Source of the DNA: an uncultured virus (IMG/VR IMGVR_UViG_3300044825_001403)
Taxonomy: Duplodnaviria; Heunggongvirae; Uroviricota; Caudoviricetes
Virus record (IMG/VR): IMGVR_UViG_3300044825_001403
Coordinates: 1 to 64,000 of that record
Reading direction: 5' to 3' (one strand)
Length of the DNA stretch: 64,000 nucleotides
The position numbers and the translations under genes were made by a program. Positions 41,201 through 50,900 of this stretch are shown here, piece by piece (the first letter of the stretch is position 1; each line of letters opens with the position of its first letter). A model generated the notes under the pieces. The model did no database searches and was not told where the DNA came from. It saw nothing but the letters and a program-made list of their open reading frames with translations.

Positions 41201-43405
41201 GGCGGAAGTACTGCCACTGGTGTAATTGATGTCTCTAATGGCAAAATTTATAATGCAGATATTGTTCTATCAGGTAATGGTTATACAGAACCTCCTTCAG
41301 TTGTCATTAGAGGAACTGGAACTGGTGCTAGTGGTGCAGTAATCGAATCGGTAATTGAAATTGATTCGCCTGCAGTTAGAATGGGTATTTCTACCGACCT
41401 ATCTGGAGCTACTCCTTCTACTACACCAACTCATTTTAATTTTGAACATCCTGTATACCTACAAAATAATACAGAATATGCATTGTGCATCGAAACTGAT
41501 TCTACAGAATATCAACTGTGGGCATCAAGGTTAACTGAGACTGAAGTTTCTACAGGATCTTCTGTAACAACACAGCCACTATTGGGATCTGTATACAAGT
41601 CACAAAATGTAGATAATTGGACAGAAGATTTATTTGAGGATATTAAATTTACTCTGTATCGTGCAGAGTTTGATATCAGTAGATCTGCAGAATTACTATT
41701 GGTAAATGAAAATCTTGGTTATGAGAGGATGGAATTAGATCCAATTGAAACTTATTCTTTATCTAATACTAGTGCAACTTCAACATTGTTTAGAAACAAC
41801 AACTCTATTATTAAAGTAAGACATAGAGACCATGGTTTTGAAAATTCTGGAAAGTCTTATGTATTCTTTAAAGGTTTAGAAAATGTTGGTGGATTTACAG
41901 CTAATGCTTTAAATAGCAATCTGTTTAAAGTTTCTAATATTGGTCTTGATTCATACACAATTATTGGTCCTAATAGAGCTGGTTCCAATTCAATTGGTGG
42001 TGGCAAGAATGCTTTAGTAGCTTACAATAGAAAATTTGAAAAACTTTTTGCTCATGTAAATTATATTCAAGCACCAAATACTAAGATTGATACTTTTGTT
42101 AAAACTACTAATGTAATTCCAGTAGATTCAAATACAACTAATTACATTTCTTACGCTCAAAGTGATTACGAAAAAACTTTCTTAAATGAGGAGCACTTCT
42201 TCACAAATCAAAAAATGATTTGTTCAAGGATTAATGAGATTATGAACGGCATATCTCATTCATTGGTTTACAAATTTAATCTTTCTTCGGAAAAGTCTTA
42301 TCTATCTCCAGTTGTTGATTTAAGAGTATCTTCGATCAAAACTTCAACAAATCGTGTTGAAAATGCTTCTGGTCAAGAAGATAGATTTGGTAAGAGATAT
42401 CAAATTATTAAATTACTACCAATTTATATTCTTGATCTATCCAACTTGGGAACTAATAGTGTTTTAATTAATCAAACAGCTCAAGGATTAGCTTCTGGTG
42501 CAAGAGGAGAAATTATTAAATTTCAAAACAATAAAATCTGGATTAAACTATCAAGTCCAAGTACATTCATTCCTGGAGAGGAATTATTCTTCTCTACTCA
42601 ATCTCAAGAAGGTGGCAATTTAGAATCTTTAAATATAACAATTTCTAATAATGGTATTTCGCAATTGACATTTGATTTTGAAATTGGATCTACAATTGTC
42701 GCATTTAATCCAAGCAACACAAATCAAAAGTATGATAATATTATTAGTGGAAAAATTATTAACTGGGATTCTCTATCAAAAGAATTAATTGTAGAGAATG
42801 ATAAAAAACCAATTAATGATGATTATACCAGCAAGATTACGATTGGTAGTGTATTTGCCAGAAATGCAACTATTACTAGCCAAGTCCCTGATATCTTTAG
42901 AGTTGGTGATATAATTTATTATGATGATATTCCTACAGGTCAAGAAAAATTTGTGGAGATTGGAACAATGTCATTTACAAATGGCGTTGATTATTCTCCA
43001 GAAAATTCTTCTAAGAATAGTTCTGCTATTGCAAAATATACTACAAAAGAAGTTACTATTAATTCTCCAGGAACTTCTATTGATGTTAGATTAACAGCAA
43101 ATCTAAAGGATATACAGAACGTTAAAGTATTGTATAGATACAAAGAAGTTTCATCTCAAGTAAACTTTGATGATATCGAATGGAAATATTTTAACGAAAA
43201 TGGAAATCCAGATATAGATGTATTAGCAAATTATAGTAATACTGTTTCTGCTCAATTTGAATCACAAGCATCTTACCAGGAATTAAAATATAGTGTTTCA
43301 AATTTACCAGAATTTACATCATTTGCCGTTAAATTAGTTATGCAAACTACTGATCCAGTTTATGTTCCTAAGATTCAGGATATTAGAGCAGTTGCATCTT
43401 ACTAA
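35300..43405 (+). CDS. VrlC-like / DUF4815 large virion structural protein
   Basis: TNLN.PPYFDD......FYKILFRPG.P.Q.RELT.LQS.LQNQIE, LARRTYDESGDY, RRYTMRDIGKLEKRIERLEYYT. Confidence 0.88.
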   Translation: MSQKTNLNTPPYFDDYSDSKNFYKILFRPGYPIQTRELTGLQSILQNQIESFGKFQFKQGDLVVPGEVGLNTRLDFVKLSSISEVPVNQNGQIVYKKYDIKDLIGTNLRGITSGVTALVIESDYATDNQADTLYVKYTNSGNSSDEQTFRQGETLEVIDGVNTPLLVVGTDGSVSPTSIEVVDPETKTSFFLESPAMGYATGVQVQEGIYFVNGYFVRNEEQLIIVDKYYDKPSAKVGFNIVEEIVTPEQDSSLYDNSRGYSNSAAPGAHRFKISLQLRKYAYDAITDKNFIQLITIKSGVVQKLIKQADYTLLENTLARRTYDESGDYVVNDFPFDVREYYQKNGNLGVYSKDTQTNLVNGLTEEEANNKLSATVGPGKAYVRGFEIVNNETKYLTLNKAKDTITRDNVVLKTKGVSEFKVTNLYGTIPLNDEGQDLTSSPTIYLNSVFNDGSVGFNGTENDLNSKQTVNRRGQGFEVGYGIKTIYIQVTNTLTPLSALNDNNFTSLLNDLWFVKTRTEGEPSLVDYVTPIAYSKVIKKEIDENAEFLELTVYGATNLLDLYLKEYEDEASSKLRSVYFSQSDALNEDNAIGRIIDYNEIITPVIGVAKPKNISFIKYGKGFNQDTDIILSKGKTADSDSIYNSTFGFNYFNPVFFTRLLLDSTNSQNNFINQKFGAGKYITGIKSGAYAVIEGSLTQSYSYGNVLFVKTLSGTFLPGESIIDEDGNILRIANENTISHFIVSNRGSGYTAPKINIDGVEYDESKVQIFVEGSSVYKVNVVDRDSLLTQYSQPPVVTITSESQIVTPCSVTPVLFRNTVLTYGQENVKSFYTSYGSSNSNKFSADIEATESEFYLSKTVTNYNFSGSRGLKYIECTGFDGDASKDLIQGDLVLFTDVEGNLFRSVVQYATQPNGPRKSRIYLDRCLINDVNNASVIRIRPNIDNVNTSSLIFPTGSKQIRSLIKNIEDSKFKYYARRDFVTTGSSSGGLITFAAQLDFGTQRFAIPTTENFIVTVLDKGSSTVVNNGDILYIDPRYINLQSSQESTSGLTAGSITISLPNNFFGNITSNFPKLKLSATIEITKAKPRIKTVVRNKRIVIVSSGDKIIPLRGQDYDTEEVDIFSYSDVFKIRYIYEGSSTNPPVVDNEGILISGTDVTNRFTFDDGQRDTLYDVSRIVLKPGFDAPVGQLVVGFDYFDHSQGDFCTVDSYLHEAGVLSEEIPSFNSTVYGNVSLKDVIDFRPKVDSNSIISGFQDKSILSQQNYINFNGPSGIFASTPASDKNLEFTFSFTESQYLDRIDGIFLDKQGNFIVKEGNSSLSPAKPEIIDDAIALYYIHIPAFTTSNKDVRVIPVDNRRYTMRDIGKLEKRIERLEYYTTLSILEQQTLNMQIKDEIGLDRFKSGFIVDNFESHRVGNISSIDYKCSIDTQQSVLRPQVKEDNFRLRELYTRSDERNNAGYQKTGDVITLPYSKVKLLGNDFATKTINPNNFVVLQYVGDVSLSPTVDQWFDTTVVPLITDNNTKLFSIFLSKEDSRDAFSSFYNSFIVNWIGSNRTFFNIGSLSDINTEDSQSTVQLASVSSSSNISPQNNETAKGVTNRNNNGNSVISSIQYFTRSIPVKFNITRMKPKTQVYVFMEGINIGRWANPDIRYTGIPGNSLTTFNSPIITDENGNASGIILVPSGKAPTENASWTGDIKTVSYDESSQDVYLTTGIKTIRFTSSSTNEDKDTVDTYTEAKYYSTGSLPQNPSSIISTLPAYFKANEGVQIVDNTTSNKDKPNPLSQTFKVENYDGGVFVTGLDLFFNKKSSNIPLRVYLTNVDVGKPGKYIVPGTETALIPDTYLKVYASAPLTIFVGETVKGKTSGASGPISKVIDKNGNQVLPSTEGEISLSNNQVYSLVLSNHNGLTFLPNEVLDIPSLTLFNNTNAQNLTLTIAKDSGKLVDLKIKNVGLNYESAIITIESPQLPGGSTATGVIDVSNGKIYNADIVLSGNGYTEPPSVVIRGTGTGASGAVIESVIEIDSPAVRMGISTDLSGATPSTTPTHFNFEHPVYLQNNTEYALCIETDSTEYQLWASRLTETEVSTGSSVTTQPLLGSVYKSQNVDNWTEDLFEDIKFTLYRAEFDISRSAELLLVNENLGYERMELDPIETYSLSNTSATSTLFRNNNSIIKVRHRDHGFENSGKSYVFFKGLENVGGFTANALNSNLFKVSNIGLDSYTIIGPNRAGSNSIGGGKNALVAYNRKFEKLFAHVNYIQAPNTKIDTFVKTTNVIPVDSNTTNYISYAQSDYEKTFLNEEHFFTNQKMICSRINEIMNGISHSLVYKFNLSSEKSYLSPVVDLRVSSIKTSTNRVENASGQEDRFGKRYQIIKLLPIYILDLSNLGTNSVLINQTAQGLASGARGEIIKFQNNKIWIKLSSPSTFIPGEELFFSTQSQEGGNLESLNITISNNGISQLTFDFEIGSTIVAFNPSNTNQKYDNIISGKIINWDSLSKELIVENDKKPINDDYTSKITIGSVFARNATITSQVPDIFRVGDIIYYDDIPTGQEKFVEIGTMSFTNGVDYSPENSSKNSSAIAKYTTKEVTINSPGTSIDVRLTANLKDIQNVKVLYRYKEVSSQVNFDDIEWKYFNENGNPDIDVLANYSNTVSAQFESQASYQELKYSVSNLPEFTSFAVKLVMQTTDPVYVPKIQDIRAVASY

Positions 43406-43408
43406 AAT

Positions 43409-43615
43409 ATGAACAATTACATTAAAGTTGAAGGTCATGAAAATTTATATCGAGATCCTTCCACTGGTGCCATAGTTAATACAGGTGTTCCAGCCAAGAA
43501 TACATTATCAAAAACTGTTAACACTGTAGTTGATGACATAAATAATTTGAAGAATGAAATTTCTGAAATCAAATCTCTTCTAAAAAATATCGTAGAAAAT
43601 GGCATTAAATCGTAG
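43409..43615 (+). CDS. Small conserved coiled-coil protein
   Basis: KVEGH.NLYRD..TGAIVN, DI..LK.EISEIKSLL; usual neighbour of VrlC-like genes. Confidence 0.8.
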   Translation: MNNYIKVEGHENLYRDPSTGAIVNTGVPAKNTLSKTVNTVVDDINNLKNEISEIKSLLKNIVENGIKS

Positions 43616-46600
43616 AGAAGTACTAAAAACGAATACGTTTGAAGAGCAAAGGCTTGAGATAAATCGATTAGCTCAAGACGTTTACGATGTCTTTACGGGA
43701 GAAGAGGGTGTAGAAGCTATTCAGATCGATGGTCCTATTATTGATGGGACAGATAAAACAGGAACTCAAGGTCAAGTATTATTATCAACTGGATCTGGTG
43801 TTCTATGGAAAACATTATCAATCTCTAATGTTCTTTGGGTAACTAAAGATGGTGATGATGACAATGATGGTTTAAGTCAAGAAACAGCAAAGGCATCTAT
43901 TGGATCAGCTCTTAGAGCCGCTAATTCTGGATTTCTAGGAAAACTTCAAGACGCATCAAATCAAATTTTAGCTAACAAAAAATTAATCCAACAAGAATCT
44001 ATTGGCTGGCTGCTCACAGAATATCTTAAAGAAGGAAATGGAGATAAACAAATTGATGCAGCTAATTTAATAACTGCAAACAAAGATTTTATTGCTAATG
44101 AAGCTGTCGAAAGAATGCTCGGAGAGTATTCTGAATTTACAATTCCTGGAGGAAATCAGCAGTGTGTTAGTGATGTAATCAAAGTATTAGATGCTGTAAT
44201 TTTTAATTTGAGATATGACGGCAATAATAAAGTATATGAAGCAGCAAATGTATATGTAACAAATCCATCTTTATTGGCTGGAGAAAGAGAACAGTCAGTA
44301 GCTGTTTATGAATATGCAAGAGATCTAACAATTTCTGTAATGAGAAATCAACCAATCACTGTGCAAGGGTCTCATGGATATACACAATTTATTGACAACA
44401 CTATCATCGGTGATGCTTCAAATCAACCAGGAATTTATAATTTTTTAACAGATTGTGCCGATATAGCAAGTTCTATTACTTCGCTATATGCAATAATTTT
44501 ACAAGCTATTGGAACAGAAGCATCTCCAGGAGATCTTGATGGAATTACAAAAACATATCCAAATAGATTTACATTTCCAAATAGTCCACCAGAATCTGGA
44601 AGATATAAGGATGCAAGAAATTTAATTTATAGAAACATTGATGAAATTGCTGATAGAGCACTTGCAGAAATTGCAATTCAGTATGACGAATCTACCTGGG
44701 GAACTGATTGGACTTTCCCGAGTGCTTCTCTTTCTGCAGAAACACAGCGTTATAAAGATGCTTATAGATTAATACAAAATAATAGAGCTTATATTATAGA
44801 AGAAGCATTTAACTTTTTATTAGTAAATTATCCTTCATTTGTAAATCCTGATAGTGATAAATGCAGAAGAGATCTTGGTTATTTTATTGATGCAGTATCA
44901 TTAGATTTATTCTTGGGAAGCAACAAATATTCAAGAAAATTTGCTTCTTTCTATTATAGTGGTGCTAATGTTCAATATTTGGAAGATGAAGTTACTGAAT
45001 CTGTAGCAGCTTTTGAAGCTGCAAAAGATTTAATGATTGACGCAATGAAAAATCTTTTACCATATCAAGATTTGAGCATTACTGTAGATAATGACCCAGA
45101 TGGAGTTTGTTTAAACGTAGAGCAATCAATCAATACTTTATTTACTATTATTTCTGATGTGCTATTAAATGGTATAGATGAATTACAAGCATATCCAGAA
45201 ACACCAAGCAATTTATTTGTAAACGAATCAAAATGTCGTAGAGATATAGAATATGTTGCCCGTAGCATTGCAGATGATTTATATAACGGAGGCAACATAA
45301 ACACAATTAGAGCAGCAAGAAAATATTTTGATATTGATGGAGAATTTATTTTAATTGATGGTGAAGGTGTTCAATCACTCATAGCTTTCCAAAAAGCTGG
45401 TGAAATGATTAACAAAGCTTTAACCAACCAGCTTTATGAAAAGAATTTAACTTTACCAGAAGCAGCAGCAGAATATGGTGGAGAAGGTGAAGTTATTCCA
45501 TATGGGGTTTCTGGAAATGAAAATACATGTATAGATGTACAAAATACCGTCAATACATTAATTCAAATTTTAACTACAGTTATAGAAGACGAAACTTTAA
45601 TATCACTAACTGGCATAGAAGAGAACGAAGGTATTTGGGCAGAATATGAAAATATTTGCTTGAGAGATATTGGGTATATTATTGATGCTGTCGCATCTGA
45701 TTTAAAACAAGGCGGAAATGTAAACTGTGTAGATGCTGGTAATGCATACTATAAAGGTAATGAACTAGTCTTTATTGATGGAGAAGAAAGACAGTCATTA
45801 GCTACTTTTGAAAAAGCTAAAGAATTGATGATTTTAGCTATGCGTAATTGGAGTCTTAATATAGATGGAGATACATATCGTCCAAAATATACCTTTATAG
45901 AACCATACATTGACTCATCGTTAATTATTGATACAGAGTTAAATGAAGAAAATCAATCTGTATTAGTATATCCGCCATGCAGTGATGTAGCTTCCTCAAT
46001 TGAAAACTATTTTAATATTATTGAATATATTATTAAAAATGGAGAAAACTCTGTAGCACAACAACTACCTTCATTTAAGACTACAGTATTTGTTAAGTCA
46101 GGGGTTTATGTAGAGCAAAACCCAATGACATTACCACCAAATACAGGTATTGTTGGCGACAACTTAAGAGAGGTTAGTATTTTGCCAGCTATTCCTACCG
46201 TTGATATGTTCTATATGAACAATGGTAGTTATATTACTGGGGCTACATTTTCTGGACATTTGGCTCCATCTGCAATTGGATCATTCCCCAAAGTATTAAT
46301 TGGTAGCCCAGTAAACTTACCTTCTTGCTCTGGAATATCAAATTCATATACTATTACAGTTCCAGGTACAAATAACCTTGTTCTTGGAATGACTGTTAGT
46401 GGAGATGGTATTGGTACGGGAGCTGTAATTACTAAAATTAGAGGTTCGCAAGTAACGTTAAGTGTTGCAAATAGAGAATCATTTACAAATAGAACTATTA
46501 AATTTGAAAACTATGTTGGTCTTACTGGAGTTATTACTCGTTCTCCATATATTCAAAACTGCACCAGTTTAACAACTACTGGTGCAGGTCTTCGTGTTGA

Positions 46601-47597
46601 TGGTAATTTAGCTAGTGGAACCGCATCTTTCGTTCTTGACTCATACACTCAATACAATCAAGGTGGTGATGGTATTGTTATCGTAAACCAAGGTTATACT
46701 CAGTTGGTATCTATCTTTGAAATTTGTTGTGATCGTGCTGTTTATTTGTCTGGCGGATCTACTTGTTCGATTACAAACTCAAACACAGACTTTGGTAATT
46801 TTGGATTGGTAGCTGATGGAACAAGTCCTTTGCAATATAAAGCAAATATTGACTTTAATCAATTAAGAGGCAGTACTTTTAAACTCAAAAATTTAAGAAC
46901 AGAGCCTTATGTAGGACAGGTAATTACTTTTGGTAATAATGGGGATCCATACTATTTTATTCAGGAGATAAATATAACTAATAGTGGTTCTGGATATAAT
47001 CCAAATGATCCACCTACTATTGTCATTGATGCACCAACAGGTCCAGATGGTATTACAGCCCAAGCAATAGCTAATATTGAAGACGGCGAAATTACATCAA
47101 TTACATTGATTTCATCTGGTTCTCAGTTTATCACTGCTCCAAATATTCAAATTGTGGGTGGTGATCCTGATACTCCTGCTACAGCAATAGCTAAAATGTA
47201 TCCTCAATATTATAGTATTATTGCTACTACTGATGTTGATGGAGGAAAATCTACCATTACATTGGATGAAACAGTTCCTTTTGATTTGAATGATAATACA
47301 GAAGTTTACTTCTATCAAGTAACTAAGATTATTGCTAACTCACATTGTTTTGAATATGTTGGTGCAGGAACACAAATTAATAAGGCTATCCCAGCCAAAG
47401 GTGGTGTTCCGTCCCAAGCCTGTGAAGTTGTTGAATTGAATGGTGGTAAAGTTGCTTTTACAAGTACAGATCACCTAGGTAATTTTAGAATTGGTACAGG
47501 TATTCAAATTAACCAAAATACTGGTACATTATCTGGCGACTCCTTTGAAAGAAGTCTTTTCGTAACAGTAACCCCATTCATTCTAGCCCTATCCTAA
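43599..47597 (+). CDS. Virion structural/fibre protein: pectin-lyase-like beta-helix carrying four inserted helical (phycobiliprotein-like) repeats
   Basis: TNTFEEQR.EIN N-terminus; V.KDGDD.NDG...A.SI..A ... VFVKSGVY.E..P......G.VGDNLR; SPYIQNCTS; C.RD..Y..D repeats. Confidence 0.8.
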   Translation: MALNRREVLKTNTFEEQRLEINRLAQDVYDVFTGEEGVEAIQIDGPIIDGTDKTGTQGQVLLSTGSGVLWKTLSISNVLWVTKDGDDDNDGLSQETAKASIGSALRAANSGFLGKLQDASNQILANKKLIQQESIGWLLTEYLKEGNGDKQIDAANLITANKDFIANEAVERMLGEYSEFTIPGGNQQCVSDVIKVLDAVIFNLRYDGNNKVYEAANVYVTNPSLLAGEREQSVAVYEYARDLTISVMRNQPITVQGSHGYTQFIDNTIIGDASNQPGIYNFLTDCADIASSITSLYAIILQAIGTEASPGDLDGITKTYPNRFTFPNSPPESGRYKDARNLIYRNIDEIADRALAEIAIQYDESTWGTDWTFPSASLSAETQRYKDAYRLIQNNRAYIIEEAFNFLLVNYPSFVNPDSDKCRRDLGYFIDAVSLDLFLGSNKYSRKFASFYYSGANVQYLEDEVTESVAAFEAAKDLMIDAMKNLLPYQDLSITVDNDPDGVCLNVEQSINTLFTIISDVLLNGIDELQAYPETPSNLFVNESKCRRDIEYVARSIADDLYNGGNINTIRAARKYFDIDGEFILIDGEGVQSLIAFQKAGEMINKALTNQLYEKNLTLPEAAAEYGGEGEVIPYGVSGNENTCIDVQNTVNTLIQILTTVIEDETLISLTGIEENEGIWAEYENICLRDIGYIIDAVASDLKQGGNVNCVDAGNAYYKGNELVFIDGEERQSLATFEKAKELMILAMRNWSLNIDGDTYRPKYTFIEPYIDSSLIIDTELNEENQSVLVYPPCSDVASSIENYFNIIEYIIKNGENSVAQQLPSFKTTVFVKSGVYVEQNPMTLPPNTGIVGDNLREVSILPAIPTVDMFYMNNGSYITGATFSGHLAPSAIGSFPKVLIGSPVNLPSCSGISNSYTITVPGTNNLVLGMTVSGDGIGTGAVITKIRGSQVTLSVANRESFTNRTIKFENYVGLTGVITRSPYIQNCTSLTTTGAGLRVDGNLASGTASFVLDSYTQYNQGGDGIVIVNQGYTQLVSIFEICCDRAVYLSGGSTCSITNSNTDFGNFGLVADGTSPLQYKANIDFNQLRGSTFKLKNLRTEPYVGQVITFGNNGDPYYFIQEINITNSGSGYNPNDPPTIVIDAPTGPDGITAQAIANIEDGEITSITLISSGSQFITAPNIQIVGGDPDTPATAIAKMYPQYYSIIATTDVDGGKSTITLDETVPFDLNDNTEVYFYQVTKIIANSHCFEYVGAGTQINKAIPAKGGVPSQACEVVELNGGKVAFTSTDHLGNFRIGTGIQINQNTGTLSGDSFERSLFVTVTPFILALS

Positions 47598-47606
47598 TTA
47601 AATAAA

Positions 47607-47939
47607 ATGGCTGCATTACCGTTAAATAATTTTAGAACAATAGTTAGTGTTGTAGACACGGATGAAACTATTGTATATACTTGTCCTTTGGGTTTTAAGG
47701 CAGTATTTTTGATGGCTCAAGTGACTAATATTGGCACTCAAAATCATACAGTAACTTTTCTACATACCAGAGGAATCACTGATACTGAAATTGTTTATGA
47801 TTATACTGTTCCTCCAAAAGATACATTAAATTTATTGACTGGCAAATTAGTATTAGAAACTAATGAAAGTATTAAAATTGTTGGATCCAATGCATCCAAT
47901 CTAAAATTTTTGGCCAGCATTCTAGAAACATCAGCTTGA
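47607..47939 (+). CDS. Small virion structural protein
   Basis: VYT.P......L..Q.TN, GKLVLET...I, S.LE beta-sandwich family pattern. Confidence 0.75.
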   Translation: MAALPLNNFRTIVSVVDTDETIVYTCPLGFKAVFLMAQVTNIGTQNHTVTFLHTRGITDTEIVYDYTVPPKDTLNLLTGKLVLETNESIKIVGSNASNLKFLASILETSA

Positions 47940-47945
47940 CGATAA

Positions 47946-50900
47946 ATGGCAGAATTATTAAGTCGTAGAGTACGAATTAAACCAGCAGCCGAGGTTGATC
48001 AATCTCGGTATGAATATTTGGGATTAAATCAAGCTGAGCCTAATTTAGGTACTCCGCCAGATGATGTTCAAATTTATTTTCTTGCGTCTGATATTAATGG
48101 TGTAAGAAGATGGGAATCTGGTGTACAAGGTCCACAAGGTATTCAGGGTATTCAGGGTACTAAGGGGGATCCTGGTCCCCAAGGTATTCAGGGTTTACAA
48201 GGCATTCAAGGTATTCAGGGTATTCAAGGTTTAGCTGGTACTTCTGTAAAAATTCTAGGTACAGTTCCAACACCAAACGATCTTCCTGGATATAACCCAA
48301 CTGGTCCAGATACTTATACTGGTGATTACGGAGATGGTTATATTGTTTCTAGTACAGGAAAACTTTGGGTTTGGGCTGTATTAAACAATGAATGGTATGA
48401 AGTAGGAAATATTGTTGGTCCTCAAGGTGCTCAAGGTCGCCAAGGTACGCAGGGTATTGGTGGTTTTGGTGCTCAAGGCACTCAAGGTTTGCAAGGTATT
48501 TCTGGAACAATTGGTGCCCAAGGTGTTCAGGGTCGTCAAGGAACGCAAGGTATTCAAGGTGTTTCTGGGCAAGGTGTTCAAGGTGCTCAAGGTACTGGTG
48601 GATTACAAGGCGGACAAGGTACTCAAGGTATCCAAGGATTTCGTGGTTTGCAAGGAATTCAGGGTGTACAGGGAAGAACAGGAATTCAAGGACCTACTGG
48701 TATTCAAGGTATAAGTGGAGAATTTGGTGGCCAAGGGACTCAAGGTTTGCAAGGAACCACGGGTTCTCAGGGTCCTCAAGGAATTCAAGGACTAAGAGGA
48801 TTTCAAGGAATTCAAGGAATTCAGGGAGCTATTGGTTCTCAAGGTACTCAGGGTAGGGCTATTCAAGGTACTCAGGGTGCTATTGGTCCACAAGGAATTC
48901 AAGGAAGAACTGGATTCCAAGGTGTTCAAGGTTTAGCTGGAACGTTAGGTGCTCAAGGTGCTCAAGGTATTCAAGGTTTCAGGGGCATTCAAGGAAATCA
49001 AGGTATTCAGGGTTTAATTGGACCACAAGGAATTCAAGGTCCTCAGGGTGCTCAAGGAACTAGAGGATTTATTGGCGAACAGGGTGTTCAAGGTATTCAA
49101 GGCACACAAGGAGTTCAAGGTACTCAGGGTATTCAAGGTCTTCTTGGATTCCAAGGTGTTCAGGGTGCTGCAATTCAAGGTACTCAGGGTATTGGTGGTA
49201 CTAGTATTAATATTCTAGGTAGTGTAAATACATTTTTGGACCTTCCTGGGTATCCAAATACTTATACTGGTGTTATTGGTGATTCTTATATTACTAGTGA
49301 TAACGGAGAATTGTGGACATGGAATGGTTCTAATTGGATTAATGCTGGCACGGTAAGAGGTCCCCAAGGTTTACAAGGAGTACAAGGAACTCAAGGAATA
49401 CAGGGCGTACAAGGCGTCCAGGGGCCTCAAGGAGTACAAGGACGCCAAGGTACTCAAGGTTTATCAATTCAAGGTATACAAGGCGTACAGGGGCCACAGG
49501 GAATACAGGGAGTACAGGGTGTACAGGGCCTTCAAGGATTTTCTATTCAGGGTATTCAAGGTATTTTTGGTATTCAAGGTACTCAAGGACCTCAAGGTTT
49601 ACAAGGAATTCAAGGTGTTCAAGGTCCAAGAGGACAGCAAGGTATCCAAGGAATCCAAGGAGTACAAGGACCCCAAGGTGTTCAAGGTGGTGCTGGCACA
49701 TCAGTAAGAATTTTAGGAAACGTAGCAACAGAAAATGCGTTGCCAGGTTATCCAACTTCTTATAATGGAACTGTTGGCGATGCTTATATTGTAAATACAA
49801 CTGGTTTCTTGTGGGTTTGGTCTGGTACTGCTTGGATTGAAGCTGGTAGAATTTTAGGTCCTCAAGGTGCTCAAGGTGTTCAAGGAACTCAAGGTATTCA
49901 AGGTCCTCAAGGATCTCAAGGTATTCAGGGTCCTCAAGGTGTTCAAGGACCTCAAGGTTTACAAGGAATTCAAGGACCTCAGGGGGTTCAGGGAGTACAA
50001 GGTGTACAAGGAGCACAAGGTCGTCAAGGAACACAAGGATTGCAAGGTCCTCAGGGTATTCAAGGATTTAATGCAATTACAGTAGTTAATGATATCAGCA
50101 CAAATGCTGATAGATATATTGTTTTTGAAGAAGCTACTTCTGGTGCTCAAACAGTAATTAATGTTTCTTCCACTAAACTAATCTTCAATCCTTCCACAGG
50201 TAATTTGACCGTTGGTGGTGACACTAGAGCAAATACATTTATTCCTTTAAGTTCTTCTGTACCTTCTTACGGAATTTATCAGCCTGTATCTGGTGCTGTC
50301 GGTATTTCAACAAATAGTCTAGAAAGATTTAGATTAGATACTTCAGGTAATGTTCTGATTGGTACTACAACAAATACTAATTCTTCCAGATTAGTTTCTG
50401 CTGGCACTATTTCTGAAACAGTTAATGCAGAACAATTTTTAGTAGCTTCTCAATTTGACGTTGGTGTTGCACCCAACCAAATTCCACTTAATCAATATCT
50501 TGGACAATTAGCGTTCTTGGATATATACAGTCCATACGCATTAAGAAGAGATGGCGGAGGATCTGATGATGTAACGGTAGATTCAAATGGTAATTTAATT
50601 ACAATTAATGAACTTTGTCTCAGCACTGATCGTTATAGATTAGCTTCTTCGCAAGCAAATTATACTTCATCTACTATTCAAACTTTAGATTCTATATCTA
50701 CAGCAACTTATAGATCAGCTAAGTATTTTGTTCAAGTAACTGCAACAAATCAAATTGCTACATTTGGAACAATAACTGGAGGAAGTTTCTATCTAGCAGG
50801 AACTTATGTAAATGTTCCTTTAACTGGAGGAACTGGTTCTGGAGCAGTTGCAACAATTACTGTTAATGGTTCTTTATCCAATATTACTTCAGTTGCATCT

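Noticed and set aside
48381..50150. Alternative-frame ORFs in the collagen gene
   Set aside because: By-products of the 9-nt periodicity
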